A stretch of DNA of 64,000 bases, from assembly GCA_045539815.1 (NCBI GenBank), contig JAZQGC010000002.1:11794-75793 (forward strand), read 5' to 3'. Positions 1-10,361 of the stretch are shown piece by piece (within the stretch, counting starts at the first letter, position 1; each line of letters begins with the position of its first letter). Under the pieces are notes generated by a model. The model was not told the origin of the DNA. It saw nothing but the letters and a program-made list of their open reading frames with translations, and searched no databases. The translations under genes were made by a program, and so were the position numbers. Origin of the DNA: Candidatus Enterousia sp. Lineage in GTDB: Bacteria > Pseudomonadota > Alphaproteobacteria > Rs-D84.

Positions 1-541
1 ACACATATTGTCCGTTACTGATTGCGGCCCACACACCATCTTTCAGATGTTGCGCACGAAAGGCCTTGATTGCATTTTTCTTGTGAACTTTATCCGGTTT
101 CGATAACAACAAGTCGTGCGCCAACGCATATCGTGGATTTCGTGGCAAATCATCAGTCTTGTTAAAATCAACACCAAAATTTCGATTTAAATCAACCAGT
201 CCGCCACGAACATTATCCATAACCTCGCGCATACGATTTTGCATACCCCAGCCATTAATCACATGAATCAAGACAACAGTGTATTTCTGCAAAAAATCTT
301 TTGATAAATTATTTGCAAATTTATCCAAGAACATCAATTGTGCTGCACTGCCAAAATAACCTTCTATGCCATGAATTCCCGAATTAAACACAATTTTATT
401 CGGCCCACAACCAATTGACACATACGGAATATCAAATTCATGATCTTGTGCCACAGCCCAACGAACACGATTATATCTGCTGGCACTTTTTACAAACTTA
501 TCGGTTGCCTGATGCCAATCTTCTGAATAATATCGTTGCAT
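1..541 (-). CDS. DUF2817 / M14 zinc-carboxypeptidase-like protein, N-terminal part only (gene runs off the window start)
   Basis: Absent from the ORF track because no stop lies in the window. My own reverse-strand translation from ATG 541-539 gives MQRYYSEDWHQATDKFVKSASRYNRVRWAVAQDHEFDIPYVSIGCGPNKIVFNSGIHGIEGYFGSAAQLMFLDKF. The SG-HG-EG-GS motif is typical of DUF2817. Confidence 0.55.
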   Translation of the reverse strand, partial: MQRYYSEDWHQATDKFVKSASRYNRVRWAVAQDHEFDIPYVSIGCGPNKIVFNSGIHGIEGYFGSAAQLMFLDKFANNLSKDFLQKYTVVLIHVINGWGMQNRMREVMDNVRGGLVDLNRNFGVDFNKTDDLPRNPRYALAHDLLLSKPDKVHKKNAIKAFRAQHLKDGVWAAISNGQYV

Positions 542-570
542 AATAAAACAAACCCTTTATTGGATAACAA

Positions 571-1308
571 TCACATTACCTTGCCTTGCATTGGGTAAAA
601 AGTCAACTGTATTTTTTCCCAACTGCTAAATTCATTTACAGGCAACATACGAAATGGCTGACATGTATCAATTGCATCTTTAATGGTATCCAACACATAC
701 GCAAACGCCGAATCTGTATCTGCGCGCGCGGCAGATTCAAACCACACATTTTGCACAGTTCCATTTTTACGCATCTTTAAATGCGCAACTGCGCGAATAT
801 CAGATATATCAGAACGCGTCGTATCAACGACCCAACAACGTGTCATTGCAACACGAATTGCATCAACAACAGAAACAGTCATTGTTCTGTCCAGGGACAA
901 GACCTCGCGATTGACACGTACAACACGTTTCTTTTTAGGCTGTTCTGGCGCTTGCTCTTTTAATTTTTCATCCCGTTTTTCTAACTTATCATCTTTCTTT
1001 AAGTCTTCAACCAAAGTCGTTGTTTTTATTTCTGTTTTTTCAACTTCAACCTTTGTTTTTTCTGGTGATTTTTCCGATTGTTTTACATTTTTATCTGGCG
1101 TTCCAACATTATACAACTTTGTATCTTTTCCGGACACAACCACATCATCTAAATCTATTTCTACAATTTGAATTCTGTCTGGCGTTACCAATTGCGCACG
1201 ATTAATAACCAATGTAACAGATGTCAAAATCAGGGCCACTAATAATAAATGCCCACAAACAGACATTAAAATATTTTCCAACGAAAATCTGCGCCACCAA
1301 CTGTTCAT
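571..1308 (-). CDS. tolA: TolA-like protein (N-terminal TM helix, Lys/Glu-rich linker, TolA/TonB-type C-terminal domain)
   Basis: Last gene of a ybgC-tolQ-tolR-X cluster. It has one TM helix (LLLVALILTSVTLVI) and a charged KEKxE linker. Assignment rests on position and architecture. Confidence 0.6.
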   Translation of the reverse strand: MNSWWRRFSLENILMSVCGHLLLVALILTSVTLVINRAQLVTPDRIQIVEIDLDDVVVSGKDTKLYNVGTPDKNVKQSEKSPEKTKVEVEKTEIKTTTLVEDLKKDDKLEKRDEKLKEQAPEQPKKKRVVRVNREVLSLDRTMTVSVVDAIRVAMTRCWVVDTTRSDISDIRAVAHLKMRKNGTVQNVWFESAARADTDSAFAYVLDTIKDAIDTCQPFRMLPVNEFSSWEKIQLTFYPMQGKVM

Positions 1309-1311
1309 AAA

Positions 1312-1710
1312 TTACTCCGGCTGGGTACGCAAACCAACTTTTTGGAACCCTGCATCTTTCAGTTTTCCCATAACCGACATAACAGCCCCATAATCAGCAT
1401 GCGTATCACCGCTTATCATGATAGTTAAATTTGGATTTTCACCCCGCATTGCGATTGCACGTTTTACAATATCATCACGCGTCATCTGTGTTTCAGACAA
1501 AAAATAACGCCCACGAGAATCGACACTGATTTGAATTGCATGATCGTTTCCCGTCATTGCGGACACGCCCGCACGCGGCAATTCCAAATCAATCCCCGTG
1601 GTCATCATCGGTGTAGTAACCATAAACACAGCCAACAACACCGTCATAACATCAATCATTGGTGTCAGCTGTATTCCGCCATCTGATTGTCTGCGCCGAA
1701 TTCTGGACAT
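1312..1710 (-). CDS. tolR: ExbD/TolR biopolymer transport protein
   Basis: 132 aa. Contains LTPMIDVMTVLLAVFMV, which is the ExbD/TolR TM motif. Located between tolQ and tolA. Confidence 0.85.
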   Translation of the reverse strand: MSRIRRRQSDGGIQLTPMIDVMTVLLAVFMVTTPMMTTGIDLELPRAGVSAMTGNDHAIQISVDSRGRYFLSETQMTRDDIVKRAIAMRGENPNLTIMISGDTHADYGAVMSVMGKLKDAGFQKVGLRTQPE

Positions 1711-1723
1711 AACACCCCCCCGA

Positions 1724-2215
1724 TTATTTTTTTGATTTTAAATCGCGCACATCCTGGACCATACGATCGTATAAATCGTCTGATTTTTTCGCAAAGCACT
1801 GATGCGCAATCGCCGCAGGAATTGCAGCAATCAACCCCAACGCAGTTGTCCCCAATGCCACTGCCAACCCTGGGGCAATAACACCAATACTGACAGACTG
1901 ATTTACACCAATTGACGCAAAAGAATCCATAACCCCCCACACGGTTCCAAACAAACCGATAAACGGAGAAATATACGCCACCATCGACAAAAACCACAAA
2001 TTCTTGTCAAACGGTTTTATTTTTTTATCAACAACAGTTTCCAGATTATCTGATTCTTTGATTGATAACGGGCTTCTTTTTACCATGCGCCACAGGCGAA
2101 TTTTTTCAATAATCACCGCCCATGACAAAACACTAAACACAACCAACACAATCGACACAAACAATGTCATCAAATCGCCAGTAAACAAACTTAGCATTGA
2201 AAAATTATTTTCCAT
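1724..2215 (-). CDS. tolQ: MotA/TolQ/ExbB proton-channel protein (compact, 163 aa)
   Basis: Contains PFIGLFGTVWGVM and GLAVALGTTALGLIAAIPA, the TolQ/ExbB signatures. Confidence 0.85.
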   Translation of the reverse strand: MENNFSMLSLFTGDLMTLFVSIVLVVFSVLSWAVIIEKIRLWRMVKRSPLSIKESDNLETVVDKKIKPFDKNLWFLSMVAYISPFIGLFGTVWGVMDSFASIGVNQSVSIGVIAPGLAVALGTTALGLIAAIPAAIAHQCFAKKSDDLYDRMVQDVRDLKSKK

Positions 2216-2228
2216 TTTTTCTTCCTTT

Positions 2229-2603
2229 TTAAATCAAACCTTCAATAAACTCTGCTGGTATCCTTTTTGGACGCATATCCGCACCCAAATAAACCACTTT
2301 TATGTTTATTATAGCACAAACGACACCATCTTTTACAAATTTTTGTTCAATTTTGACAACCACCGCACCAACATCTGTCATTTGTGTTTCAACAACAAAA
2401 TCGTCTGCAACGCGCAACGGCTGCAAATATTTAATATTCAACTCACGCACAACAAAGCCAATATCGCCATCAACTGTTACATGTCCGCGCAACCAATTCA
2501 TCCTGGCACGTTCTGCGATTTCCAGATATCGTGCATGATAAACGATACCTTCGGCATCTGTATCTGCATACGCAATTGTAAAAGGGAAAATATGCGTTTT
2601 CAT
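2229..2603 (-). CDS. ybgC: YbgC-type acyl-CoA thioesterase (4HBT hotdog fold)
   Basis: The N-terminus IAYADTDAEGIVYHARYL matches the YADTD-VYH motif. Located directly upstream of tolQ. Confidence 0.8.
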   Translation of the reverse strand: MKTHIFPFTIAYADTDAEGIVYHARYLEIAERARMNWLRGHVTVDGDIGFVVRELNIKYLQPLRVADDFVVETQMTDVGAVVVKIEQKFVKDGVVCAIINIKVVYLGADMRPKRIPAEFIEGLI

Positions 2604-3208
2604 TTTACAAAGTCCCCCGCATCTATATTTAATTCTGCCTTCAATCTTTGTGCAACACGACTTTTTATTTCATCAAAAACATTCCGCAACACAGGTTCAA
2701 AGTCAAACAAAGCCGCAAAATCCGCACTAAAAAACATCTTCCAATAGAAATTATCCGCATAATCACCAATATACGCCAAATCTTGGGCGCACATATGTTG
2801 TACGGTCGTATCCATAATATCCAACGCCTTGGCCAAGCGCGCCTCGTTTGTCTGGCGTGCATCATATTCTGCAAACAAATCTGCAACATGATTATTGCAT
2901 ACCAAGTTCAATATTGTCTTTATCGCATTTGTTTCTGCCAAACGCTTTTCTTGACGAACTTGATCCGTCTGTTCATGCAACGGCACATCATGCATAATCG
3001 CTTCTGGTAAATCATGCAACAGACACAATTCCAACACGCGTTGCATATTATATTCACCCTTTAAATAAGGCGCAAACACCATTGCCATCATCGCCATATT
3101 CCACGAGTGCGACGCCACAGCCTGTTTTTTTCCGTCTGACATACGCGTCAACCGATATTCGCATTCCAGTTTTTCTGCAATCTGCAAGAAATCAACAATA
3201 TTTTTCAT
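2600..3208 (-). CDS. HD-domain phosphohydrolase (YfbR/HD_3-like)
   Basis: Has the H...HD motif: ASHSWNMAMMA and LLHDLPEAIMHD. Confidence 0.7.
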   Translation of the reverse strand: MKNIVDFLQIAEKLECEYRLTRMSDGKKQAVASHSWNMAMMAMVFAPYLKGEYNMQRVLELCLLHDLPEAIMHDVPLHEQTDQVRQEKRLAETNAIKTILNLVCNNHVADLFAEYDARQTNEARLAKALDIMDTTVQHMCAQDLAYIGDYADNFYWKMFFSADFAALFDFEPVLRNVFDEIKSRVAQRLKAELNIDAGDFVK

Positions 3209-3212
3209 ATTT

Positions 3213-4202
3213 TTATTTTTCCAACCCCAGATGCCGATACCCCAAATCTGTAATCACACGACCACGCGGGGTGCGCTGAACAAATCCCAATTGCATCAAA
3301 TAAGGTTCAATCACATCTTCAATTGTATCGCTTGGTTCGGACAAGGCCGCAGACAAATTTTCAATTCCAACAGGGCCACCTGCATAAAATTTTATTATTG
3401 TATTCATATACTCACGGTCTATTTCATCCAATCCTGATCCGTCAATATGCAATTGAAACAATGTTGTTTTTATTGTATCTGCGCTGATTTCTTTCTTGCC
3501 CAATGCGGCGGCAAAATCACGCGCACGTTTTAACAATCGATTTGCAATACGCGGTGTTCCACGTGCGGCACGCGCCAACATCAACGCACCATCAGCATCG
3601 ATTTGCGTTCCCAAAATATTTGCACTGCGCGAAATAATTTTTGCCAAATCTTCTGGCGAATAAAATGTTAACCTTAAATCAATACCAAATCTGTCCCGCA
3701 ATGGATTAGACAACAAACCCGTACGCGTTGTTGCCCCGACCAGCGTAAACGGGGGCAGGTCGATACGCACACTTTTTGCGCTGGGCCCTTCGCCCAACAT
3801 GATATCCAGTTTAAAATCTTCCATCGCAGAATACAAAACTTCTTCAATTGCCGTTGGCAATCTATGGATTTCATCTATAAACAGAACATCCATTGGTTCC
3901 AGCGCGGTCAAAATTGCCGCCAGATCCCCCTGTTTGGTCAGCATCGGCGCAGCCGTTGCCCGAAAATTAGTACCTAATTCATTTGCCACAATATGCGCCA
4001 ATGTCGTTTTCCCCAGCCCCGGGGGGCCATACAGCAAGACATGGTCCATCGCTTCCCCACGCGCACGCGCCCCGGACACAAACACTGACAAATTCTGTTT
4101 TAAACTGTCATGACCAATAAAATCAGCCAAACAACGTGGACGAATCGTCTGCGCCATATCGTCTGGGATATTTGCATCTAAAAAGCGTTCTTTGTTTTGC
4201 AT
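3213..4202 (-). CDS. ruvB: Holliday junction branch migration helicase RuvB
   Basis: Walker [18 protein letters not shown], and a RuvB C-terminal winged helix. I chose the start at MQNKERF (4202) so it does not overlap the upstream gene's stop at 4204. Confidence 0.95.
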   Translation of the reverse strand: MQNKERFLDANIPDDMAQTIRPRCLADFIGHDSLKQNLSVFVSGARARGEAMDHVLLYGPPGLGKTTLAHIVANELGTNFRATAAPMLTKQGDLAAILTALEPMDVLFIDEIHRLPTAIEEVLYSAMEDFKLDIMLGEGPSAKSVRIDLPPFTLVGATTRTGLLSNPLRDRFGIDLRLTFYSPEDLAKIISRSANILGTQIDADGALMLARAARGTPRIANRLLKRARDFAAALGKKEISADTIKTTLFQLHIDGSGLDEIDREYMNTIIKFYAGGPVGIENLSAALSEPSDTIEDVIEPYLMQLGFVQRTPRGRVITDLGYRHLGLEK

Positions 4203-4203
4203 T

Positions 4204-4863
4204 TTACAACAACTTATCTTCTTCGTTTTCGCGTCCAACATACGCCTTTAAATCGTTATACATCTGTCGCAAATCTGCGGGCTGGCTGTACATTTCATCC
4301 GCCCCTTTGACACGAATAGTTTCCAAATCTATTTTCGCCTGTTTTTTCAAGACCTGTGTTAAATGTGCTGCAAATGCGCGTGCTTCATCAGATTCCCCAC
4401 CGCCTTGCAACAACAAACCACGATTTGGACGGGGTGACAAGAACGTAAAATCAGATACAGACGCATCTGGCGACACCAAGGCAAAACCTGAAATCTCGGG
4501 ACGGCGCATCATTGCCTGCAACACATACCAGGCCCCCAATTGATTACCTGCCAACCATATCTTATCACTGTCTTCATTATTATTTTGAATCCAGTCAATA
4601 ACTGTTGCGATATCCAACATATTTTCTGCGGTTGTACCAATCAGGCCTTCGGAATCGCCAACCCCACGATAATTAAATCGCACAACAGAAAAACCGATAT
4701 CCATAAACGCACGAAATGTCGCATAAGACACACGATCGTTCATATGGCATTTCTGACGTGGATTTCCCGACAACACAACGGCCAACGGCGCGCCTTCGTT
4801 CGCTGATTTATGATACACAGCATGCAATTTGCCTGCTTCGCCCGAGATGATAATATCTACCAT
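4204..4863 (-). CDS. alpha/beta-hydrolase-fold protein with a degenerate catalytic motif
   Basis: 219 aa. [11 protein letters not shown] and [10 protein letters not shown] resemble a conserved ~215 aa hydrolase family. The nucleophile elbow reads GNQLG rather than GxSxG. Confidence 0.65.
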   Translation of the reverse strand: MVDIIISGEAGKLHAVYHKSANEGAPLAVVLSGNPRQKCHMNDRVSYATFRAFMDIGFSVVRFNYRGVGDSEGLIGTTAENMLDIATVIDWIQNNNEDSDKIWLAGNQLGAWYVLQAMMRRPEISGFALVSPDASVSDFTFLSPRPNRGLLLQGGGESDEARAFAAHLTQVLKKQAKIDLETIRVKGADEMYSQPADLRQMYNDLKAYVGRENEEDKLL

Positions 4864-4952
4864 AAGACAACACCTATATTAAAATTAAATTCTTTTTCTT
4901 ATCCCAAATTTAGAACAAAGCGATTATAAATTTCAATAAAAATATTTTTGTT

Positions 4953-4982
4953 TTGACACAAATATCAAAAATGTTCTAATAT
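4953..4982 (+). promoter_or_regulatory. sigma70-like promoter, TTGACA-18-TAATAT
   Basis: TTGACA at 4953-4958 and TAATAT at 4977-4982, about 30 nt upstream of the 5011 start. Confidence 0.4.
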
Positions 4983-5010
4983 TCATACCGAGAGAACCAA
5001 AGGTCATACA

Positions 5011-5925
5011 ATGTTACGAACAGCTGTTGCATCTATTTTAGCAATATTATGCGGATTTTCTGCACATGCGGCGGATTTTGTTGAACAAAATTTCCAAACA
5101 ATTTACACAGAAACACCTGTGCAATCCTATTACGCATACCCAGACGATCCAAATTTTATTCCAGAATCTGAATTCATGGAACGCGCAGACAGTTTGGATT
5201 ACGACCAAAACATTGTTGCCGCACGCGATTTAGAAAGCGCAATGCATCCTGGCGTACAATTTGCCGATAAACCGATGATTATATGTCGTAATTTTGGTTG
5301 CACGCGTTTAAACGACCGCATTACCCGCACATTTTTATTTAACAGCCTGACAAACATGTTCATGATGAACGCACATTCGCGTGTATATATTTGTGAAGCA
5401 GATCCTTTCTCACGCGATTGTTTACAATCTGGCATATCCTTTCCTGTACGCAGTGGTATTGCAAACGCGATGGTAAAAATCCCCAAGGCCACAATATCCC
5501 AGGTCAGCACTTCAACCGGCCTGTCCAAGGCAACTGTTGGCATGACATACGATTTTCTGGTAAACGGTATTGACCGCAAATGCGAACCAACGATTATGGA
5601 CATTGTTGTCCCCGTAAATTCCGAAGCAATCTTGTCAAATCGTGAATTTGCATGCAACATGACCAGTGATGGCATCAGCAGCGTATCCTTAATCGTCAGC
5701 ATTGACTATATTGATTTAGATTATGGCATATTGGGCGGATATTATTCATTGGGCATGCAGGGACCAACCACTGGCGGTGGTACCGGATACGCATTATTTA
5801 AAACAGAATTTACCACCGGTGGTATGCAGTTTCGCGCAGCAGTTGACGCCCAGGCAGATACCGCTGCCAACGCGACACGCACAATTCAACCCGGTGAATA
5901 CGCTGTTGAACCACTAAAAAAATAA
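5011..5925 (+). CDS. hypothetical secreted protein
   Basis: Signal peptide MLRTAVASILAILCGFSAHA/AD. No recognisable domain. Confidence 0.6.
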   Translation: MLRTAVASILAILCGFSAHAADFVEQNFQTIYTETPVQSYYAYPDDPNFIPESEFMERADSLDYDQNIVAARDLESAMHPGVQFADKPMIICRNFGCTRLNDRITRTFLFNSLTNMFMMNAHSRVYICEADPFSRDCLQSGISFPVRSGIANAMVKIPKATISQVSTSTGLSKATVGMTYDFLVNGIDRKCEPTIMDIVVPVNSEAILSNREFACNMTSDGISSVSLIVSIDYIDLDYGILGGYYSLGMQGPTTGGGTGYALFKTEFTTGGMQFRAAVDAQADTAANATRTIQPGEYAVEPLKK

Positions 5926-5964
5926 CTTGTTAGCGGTGTATTTTTTGATACACTGACACACAAG

Positions 5965-6603
5965 ATGAATAAAACCGTTCTGATTATTGACGATGACGAT
6001 ATGTTGCGCAACACCCTGGCCCAGGGGTTACGCGCGTCTGATTTTAATGTTCTAACATCGCCATCCGCAGAAAATGCAGAATCTGTACTGTCCAAAATAT
6101 CCGTTGACGCAATAATTCTGGACAGAATGATGTCTGGCATGGACGGATTAAGTTTTTTAAAGAAATTGCGCGACGCTGGAAATAATACACCAACAATAAT
6201 GCTAACCGCAATGTCGGGCCCAGAAAACACCATTGACGGCCTGTCTGGCGGGGCAGACGACTATTTAACAAAACCATTTCAGATTCGTGAATTGATATTA
6301 CGAATAAACAACATAACACGACACAACAGACAACCAAACAATATTTTACCAGACGGCCTGTTTTTTATTGACGATGAATTTTTTATCGAACAGAACGGAA
6401 CCAAGGTCCTGTTTGGTTTATCTGGCGAAGAAAAAAAATTACTTATTGGTCTGACCAGTCCGATTGGCAATATCGTCGCGGCATCTCCAATGGTTGCAAA
6501 ACGCTTGCGCAACAAAATAAATGTTGTATTATCTGATATGGATATAATAACAATTCGCGGACACGGATACAAAATAATAGAAAACAAACAAAAAAAACGG
6601 TGA
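5965..6603 (+). CDS. OmpR-family response regulator
   Basis: Receiver domain (IIDDDD, ILDRMMSGMDG, TKPF) plus a winged-helix C-terminus (IRGHGYKI). Confidence 0.85.
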   Translation: MNKTVLIIDDDDMLRNTLAQGLRASDFNVLTSPSAENAESVLSKISVDAIILDRMMSGMDGLSFLKKLRDAGNNTPTIMLTAMSGPENTIDGLSGGADDYLTKPFQIRELILRINNITRHNRQPNNILPDGLFFIDDEFFIEQNGTKVLFGLSGEEKKLLIGLTSPIGNIVAASPMVAKRLRNKINVVLSDMDIITIRGHGYKIIENKQKKR

Positions 6604-6609
6604 TGTAAA

Positions 6610-7890
6610 ATGAGACTAATTCCACGCAGTTTTTTATGGCGCACAATATTAATGATTTTAATACCATTAATCGTCGCACAGATTATCGTTGCAAATGCGT
6701 TCTTTGGCAACCATTGGTCACGCGTGCACAACACCTTGGCGCGCACATTGGCCGGCGAAATTGTAACAATGATGAACTTTATTGATCAAAACAAAACCAC
6801 AGAATCACAACAATTGGCCCGTGACATCGGTATTAATTTCAGCATCAACAAACAATTAAACAGACCAAAACATAATGATAACAACGCCAACGAAACAGGG
6901 GAACTGGCGGCAGAATTATCAAAACGTTTAAAACGCCCGGCAAACATTTACATGGACAAGGGCAAACGATTGGTATTTGTTGATGTTCCGACCAAGGATA
7001 ACCAAATTGCAACATTTGGCACATCTTTGTATCGCATATATTCAACCAGTACCGAAGTTTTCATTATCTGGCTATTGGGGTCTATTTTGATTGTATCGGT
7101 ATTGGTATCGCCGTTTATCATAATGCACACCCGCAGCATTAAACGAATTGCACGTGCTGCCAATCGTTTTGGGCGCGGTCTGGACGCACCTGGTTTCAGC
7201 CCCAGTGGTTCCAAAGAAATACGCGAAGCGGCCACATCAATGATAACAATGAAGGAACGCCTGGACCGTTATAACAGAACCCGTACCGACATGCTAAATG
7301 CTGTAAGTCATGACTTAAAGGCGCCATTAACACGCATGCGTTTGGCAATTGAAACAAACACGGCGGACAACGCAACCTTAATTCGTGACATCGACCGCAT
7401 GACAGAGATGGTAAATGGATATCTGGCGTTTGCGCGTGGCGAAACCCCTGAAATAGAACAGGCAACCGAACTGCCTCCAATGCTGACGCGTATTGCCCGC
7501 GACGCGGCACCGACCAAGGAAATTATAACAAACTTTCCTGACACACCTGTTCAATTTTACGCCCGCCCAATGGCACTGGCACGCGCATTCAGTAATATCA
7601 TAGAAAACGCGGCCAGATACGCAAACAAGACAATAAAAATCACTGAAACAGATGCACCTGATCATATTGAAATCTGTATAGAAGATGACGGCATCGGTAT
7701 ACCAGACGACCGCAAAAAAGATGCATTGCGCCCATTTGTTCGCCTGGACGACGCACGCGGGACAGATACCGGTGGCACGGGGCTGGGGTTATCCATTGCG
7801 CAAACCGCAATTGAAAATCATGGTGGTCAATTATTCCTGGAAAACAGCGATTTGGGCGGATTAAAGGTAAAAATTATTTTACCAATCTAA
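6610..7890 (+). CDS. EnvZ/PhoR-like sensor histidine kinase
   Basis: Two TM helices, H-box SHDLKAPLTRM, N-box NIIENAARY, G-boxes DDGIGIP and GTGLGLSI. Confidence 0.85.
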   Translation: MRLIPRSFLWRTILMILIPLIVAQIIVANAFFGNHWSRVHNTLARTLAGEIVTMMNFIDQNKTTESQQLARDIGINFSINKQLNRPKHNDNNANETGELAAELSKRLKRPANIYMDKGKRLVFVDVPTKDNQIATFGTSLYRIYSTSTEVFIIWLLGSILIVSVLVSPFIIMHTRSIKRIARAANRFGRGLDAPGFSPSGSKEIREAATSMITMKERLDRYNRTRTDMLNAVSHDLKAPLTRMRLAIETNTADNATLIRDIDRMTEMVNGYLAFARGETPEIEQATELPPMLTRIARDAAPTKEIITNFPDTPVQFYARPMALARAFSNIIENAARYANKTIKITETDAPDHIEICIEDDGIGIPDDRKKDALRPFVRLDDARGTDTGGTGLGLSIAQTAIENHGGQLFLENSDLGGLKVKIILPI

Positions 7891-7893
7891 TAA

Positions 7894-7916
7894 ATCCCCA
7901 ACATGGGGATTTTTTT
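7894..7916 (+). terminator. rho-independent terminator
   Basis: Hairpin ATCCCCAacatGGGGAT followed by T6. Confidence 0.7.
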
Positions 7917-7982
7917 ATTATTGCTTTCATGAAAAAACATTGTATAATCACGGGGCAATTCTAATTAATTAGGGGAAAACAT

Positions 7983-9290
7983 ATGTTCAAAAAAGAAAAA
8001 ATCAAAGATTTACATTATTCAGTTAATGGCTTGATTTCTGCGGCGGACGCACAATCTGCGGCGGATGAAATCTTGCTGGAATACGGTAAAAAGGCAAAAA
8101 TGCCTGGTTTCCGTGCCGGAAAAATTCCATTATCTATCCTGCGTCAAAAATATAATGCATCTGCATATGGCGAAGCAATTGATAAATTAATGAACAAAGA
8201 TTTGAACGAATATGTCGCAGACAAAAAAATTCGTTTAGCTGGCGCCCCAAAGGCAGATTTGGCTGGCTGGGAATTTGGCAAAGACATTGAATATTCTTTG
8301 GAATTTGATATTTTGCCAACATTGCCTGAAATAGATTTAGAAAAATTCACTGTAACCAAAAAAGTTGCAGAACCTGACGACAAAGAAATCAATATTGCAT
8401 TGGAAAATATTCGCAAAAGCCGCAGCCAAGCAGAAAAACAAGACGCAAAATACAAGGCTGCAAACGGCGATATCGCGGTAATTGATTTCAAGGGCTTTGT
8501 TGGTGACGAAGCATTCGAAGGTGGCGAAGCAAAAAAACATCACTTAACATTGGGCTCTGGCGCATTTATCCCGGGCTTTGAAGATCAAATTATCGGACAC
8601 AAGGTTGGCGATAAATTTGATGTAAATGTTAAATTCCCAGATGAATATCATGCAGAAAACCTGGCTGGTAAAGACGCTCGTTTTGCGGTTGAAATTCACG
8701 AAATTCGCAAATTCATTTTACCTGAATTAAATGACGAATTGGCAAAACAAGTTGGTCAAGAATCCGTAGATGCGCTGAAACAACATATCAGCAAAATCCT
8801 GGCTGACCAGTATGCCGATGTTGCACAACGCGATATGCGCAATGAATTGTTGGACATCTTGGCAGACAAGGTTAAATTAAACCTGCCAGAAACATTGGTC
8901 GAACAAGAATACAATATGGCAAAATCAGAATTTGATCGTTCTCACTCTCATTGTGGCGACGCAAAATGCGAACACAAATGGGACGAAAAGACAGAACGCA
9001 AAGACGCTGAACGCCGTGTAAAATTGGGCTTGATATTGGCAGAATGGGGCACACAGAACAAAATAGAAGTAACACGCGAAGACTTGCAACAGGCAATCTG
9101 GGCCGAAGCATCCCGCTATCCAGATCCAAAACAGGTTTTTGAATTCTATAACAAGAACCAAAATGCATTGGCAATGTTGCGTGGCATGATGTTCGAACGC
9201 AAAGCCCTGGATGCAATGTTGACACATGTAAAAACAAAAGAAAAAAAATTAAAAGCAGATGAATTGTTTAAACAAGCACCTGTAAAATAA
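7983..9290 (+). CDS. tig: trigger factor
   Basis: N-terminal ribosome-binding motif GFRAGKIP, an FKBP-like middle domain (IDFKGFVGDEAFEGGEA) and a C-terminal arm domain. Confidence 0.9.
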   Translation: MFKKEKIKDLHYSVNGLISAADAQSAADEILLEYGKKAKMPGFRAGKIPLSILRQKYNASAYGEAIDKLMNKDLNEYVADKKIRLAGAPKADLAGWEFGKDIEYSLEFDILPTLPEIDLEKFTVTKKVAEPDDKEINIALENIRKSRSQAEKQDAKYKAANGDIAVIDFKGFVGDEAFEGGEAKKHHLTLGSGAFIPGFEDQIIGHKVGDKFDVNVKFPDEYHAENLAGKDARFAVEIHEIRKFILPELNDELAKQVGQESVDALKQHISKILADQYADVAQRDMRNELLDILADKVKLNLPETLVEQEYNMAKSEFDRSHSHCGDAKCEHKWDEKTERKDAERRVKLGLILAEWGTQNKIEVTREDLQQAIWAEASRYPDPKQVFEFYNKNQNALAMLRGMMFERKALDAMLTHVKTKEKKLKADELFKQAPVK

Positions 9291-9295
9291 CACCG

Positions 9296-9322
9296 ACGCC
9301 CCCCCAAAAAGGGGCGTTTTTT
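9296..9322 (+). terminator. rho-independent terminator
   Basis: Hairpin ACGCCCC...GGGGCGT followed by a T-run. Confidence 0.65.
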
Positions 9323-9374
9323 ATTGAATATAAAAATATTCCTATTTATAATAAAATAAAAAAAGGAGATACTT

Positions 9375-10334
9375 ATGCAGGCATACCTTAATATACTAAA
9401 CGACATTTATCGCCATTGCACCGATCTGCGCGATAACCGCACCGGGATACCAGATATTGGACTGGGACATGGCGCCGTATTCGAGCATGATATGAAAAAC
9501 GGATTTCCATTGGTTACAACCAAGAAAATGGGATTAAAAAATATTGCAACTGAACTGGAATTCTTTTTGCACGGCATCACAGATAAAAAATGGTTACAAG
9601 ACCGCAAATGTAACATCTGGAACGAATGGGCAAACCCTGTCAAGGTTGAACAAAAATACAAAACACAATTACAGAACCAAACGACCAACCTGACAGACAC
9701 AGAAAAACAACATTTGCGTAATTCTATAATGGATACAGAACGTGATTTGGGTCCAATTTACGGATTCCAATGGCGACACTTTGGTGGCGAATACCAATGG
9801 GATAAAAATCGTATAGAAAAAAATCCAACAGACAATTTTAACCCGCAAAAACCGGGCATAGACCAGGTAGCAAGCGCAATCGACAAATTAAAAAACAATC
9901 CAAACGACAGACGCATTATTGTTTCTGCCTGGAATCCGACAGACTTTTATCAAATGGCTTTGCCACCATGCCATATCATGCACCAACTAATTGTCCGTGA
10001 CGGAAAATTATCTTTGATATGGACACAGCGCTCTTGCGATATGTTCTTGGGCATACCATATAATATCGCCAGTTACGCATTACTGTTACTGCTGTACGCC
10101 AAAGAAGCAGGGTTGGAACCACATATGTTAAAAGGCGAACTGCACGATGCGCATATTTATCAAAACCATTTTGATCAGGTTGCCACACAACTACAACGCA
10201 AACCGCTTGATTTACCAACAGTTGAAATCCCTGATAAAAATTGGACAGGCATGTTAAACTGGCGTGCAGACGGCGGTTTTAAACTAAAAGACTATGTCTG
10301 TCACGAACGTTTACGTGGCGATGTTGCCCGCTAA
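9375..10334 (+). CDS. thyA: thymidylate synthase (ThyA, long form with insertions)
   Basis: DRTGIP, LGPIYGFQWRHFG, SAWNP, LPPCH and QRSCDMFLGIPYNIASYALL are all ThyA signatures. Confidence 0.95.
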   Translation: MQAYLNILNDIYRHCTDLRDNRTGIPDIGLGHGAVFEHDMKNGFPLVTTKKMGLKNIATELEFFLHGITDKKWLQDRKCNIWNEWANPVKVEQKYKTQLQNQTTNLTDTEKQHLRNSIMDTERDLGPIYGFQWRHFGGEYQWDKNRIEKNPTDNFNPQKPGIDQVASAIDKLKNNPNDRRIIVSAWNPTDFYQMALPPCHIMHQLIVRDGKLSLIWTQRSCDMFLGIPYNIASYALLLLLYAKEAGLEPHMLKGELHDAHIYQNHFDQVATQLQRKPLDLPTVEIPDKNWTGMLNWRADGGFKLKDYVCHERLRGDVAR

Positions 10335-10361
10335 AAAAAATCCCCATGTGGGGATTTTTTT
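10333..10361. terminator. bidirectional terminator between convergent genes
   Basis: A8-TCCCCAtgtGGGGA-T7 palindrome. Confidence 0.7.

Noticed and set aside
2004-2747. 247-aa plus-strand ORF spanning tolQ and ybgC
   Set aside because: It is antisense to two well-supported genes, has a low-complexity Asn/Ile/Phe-rich translation, and crosses a gene boundary. It is a shadow ORF.
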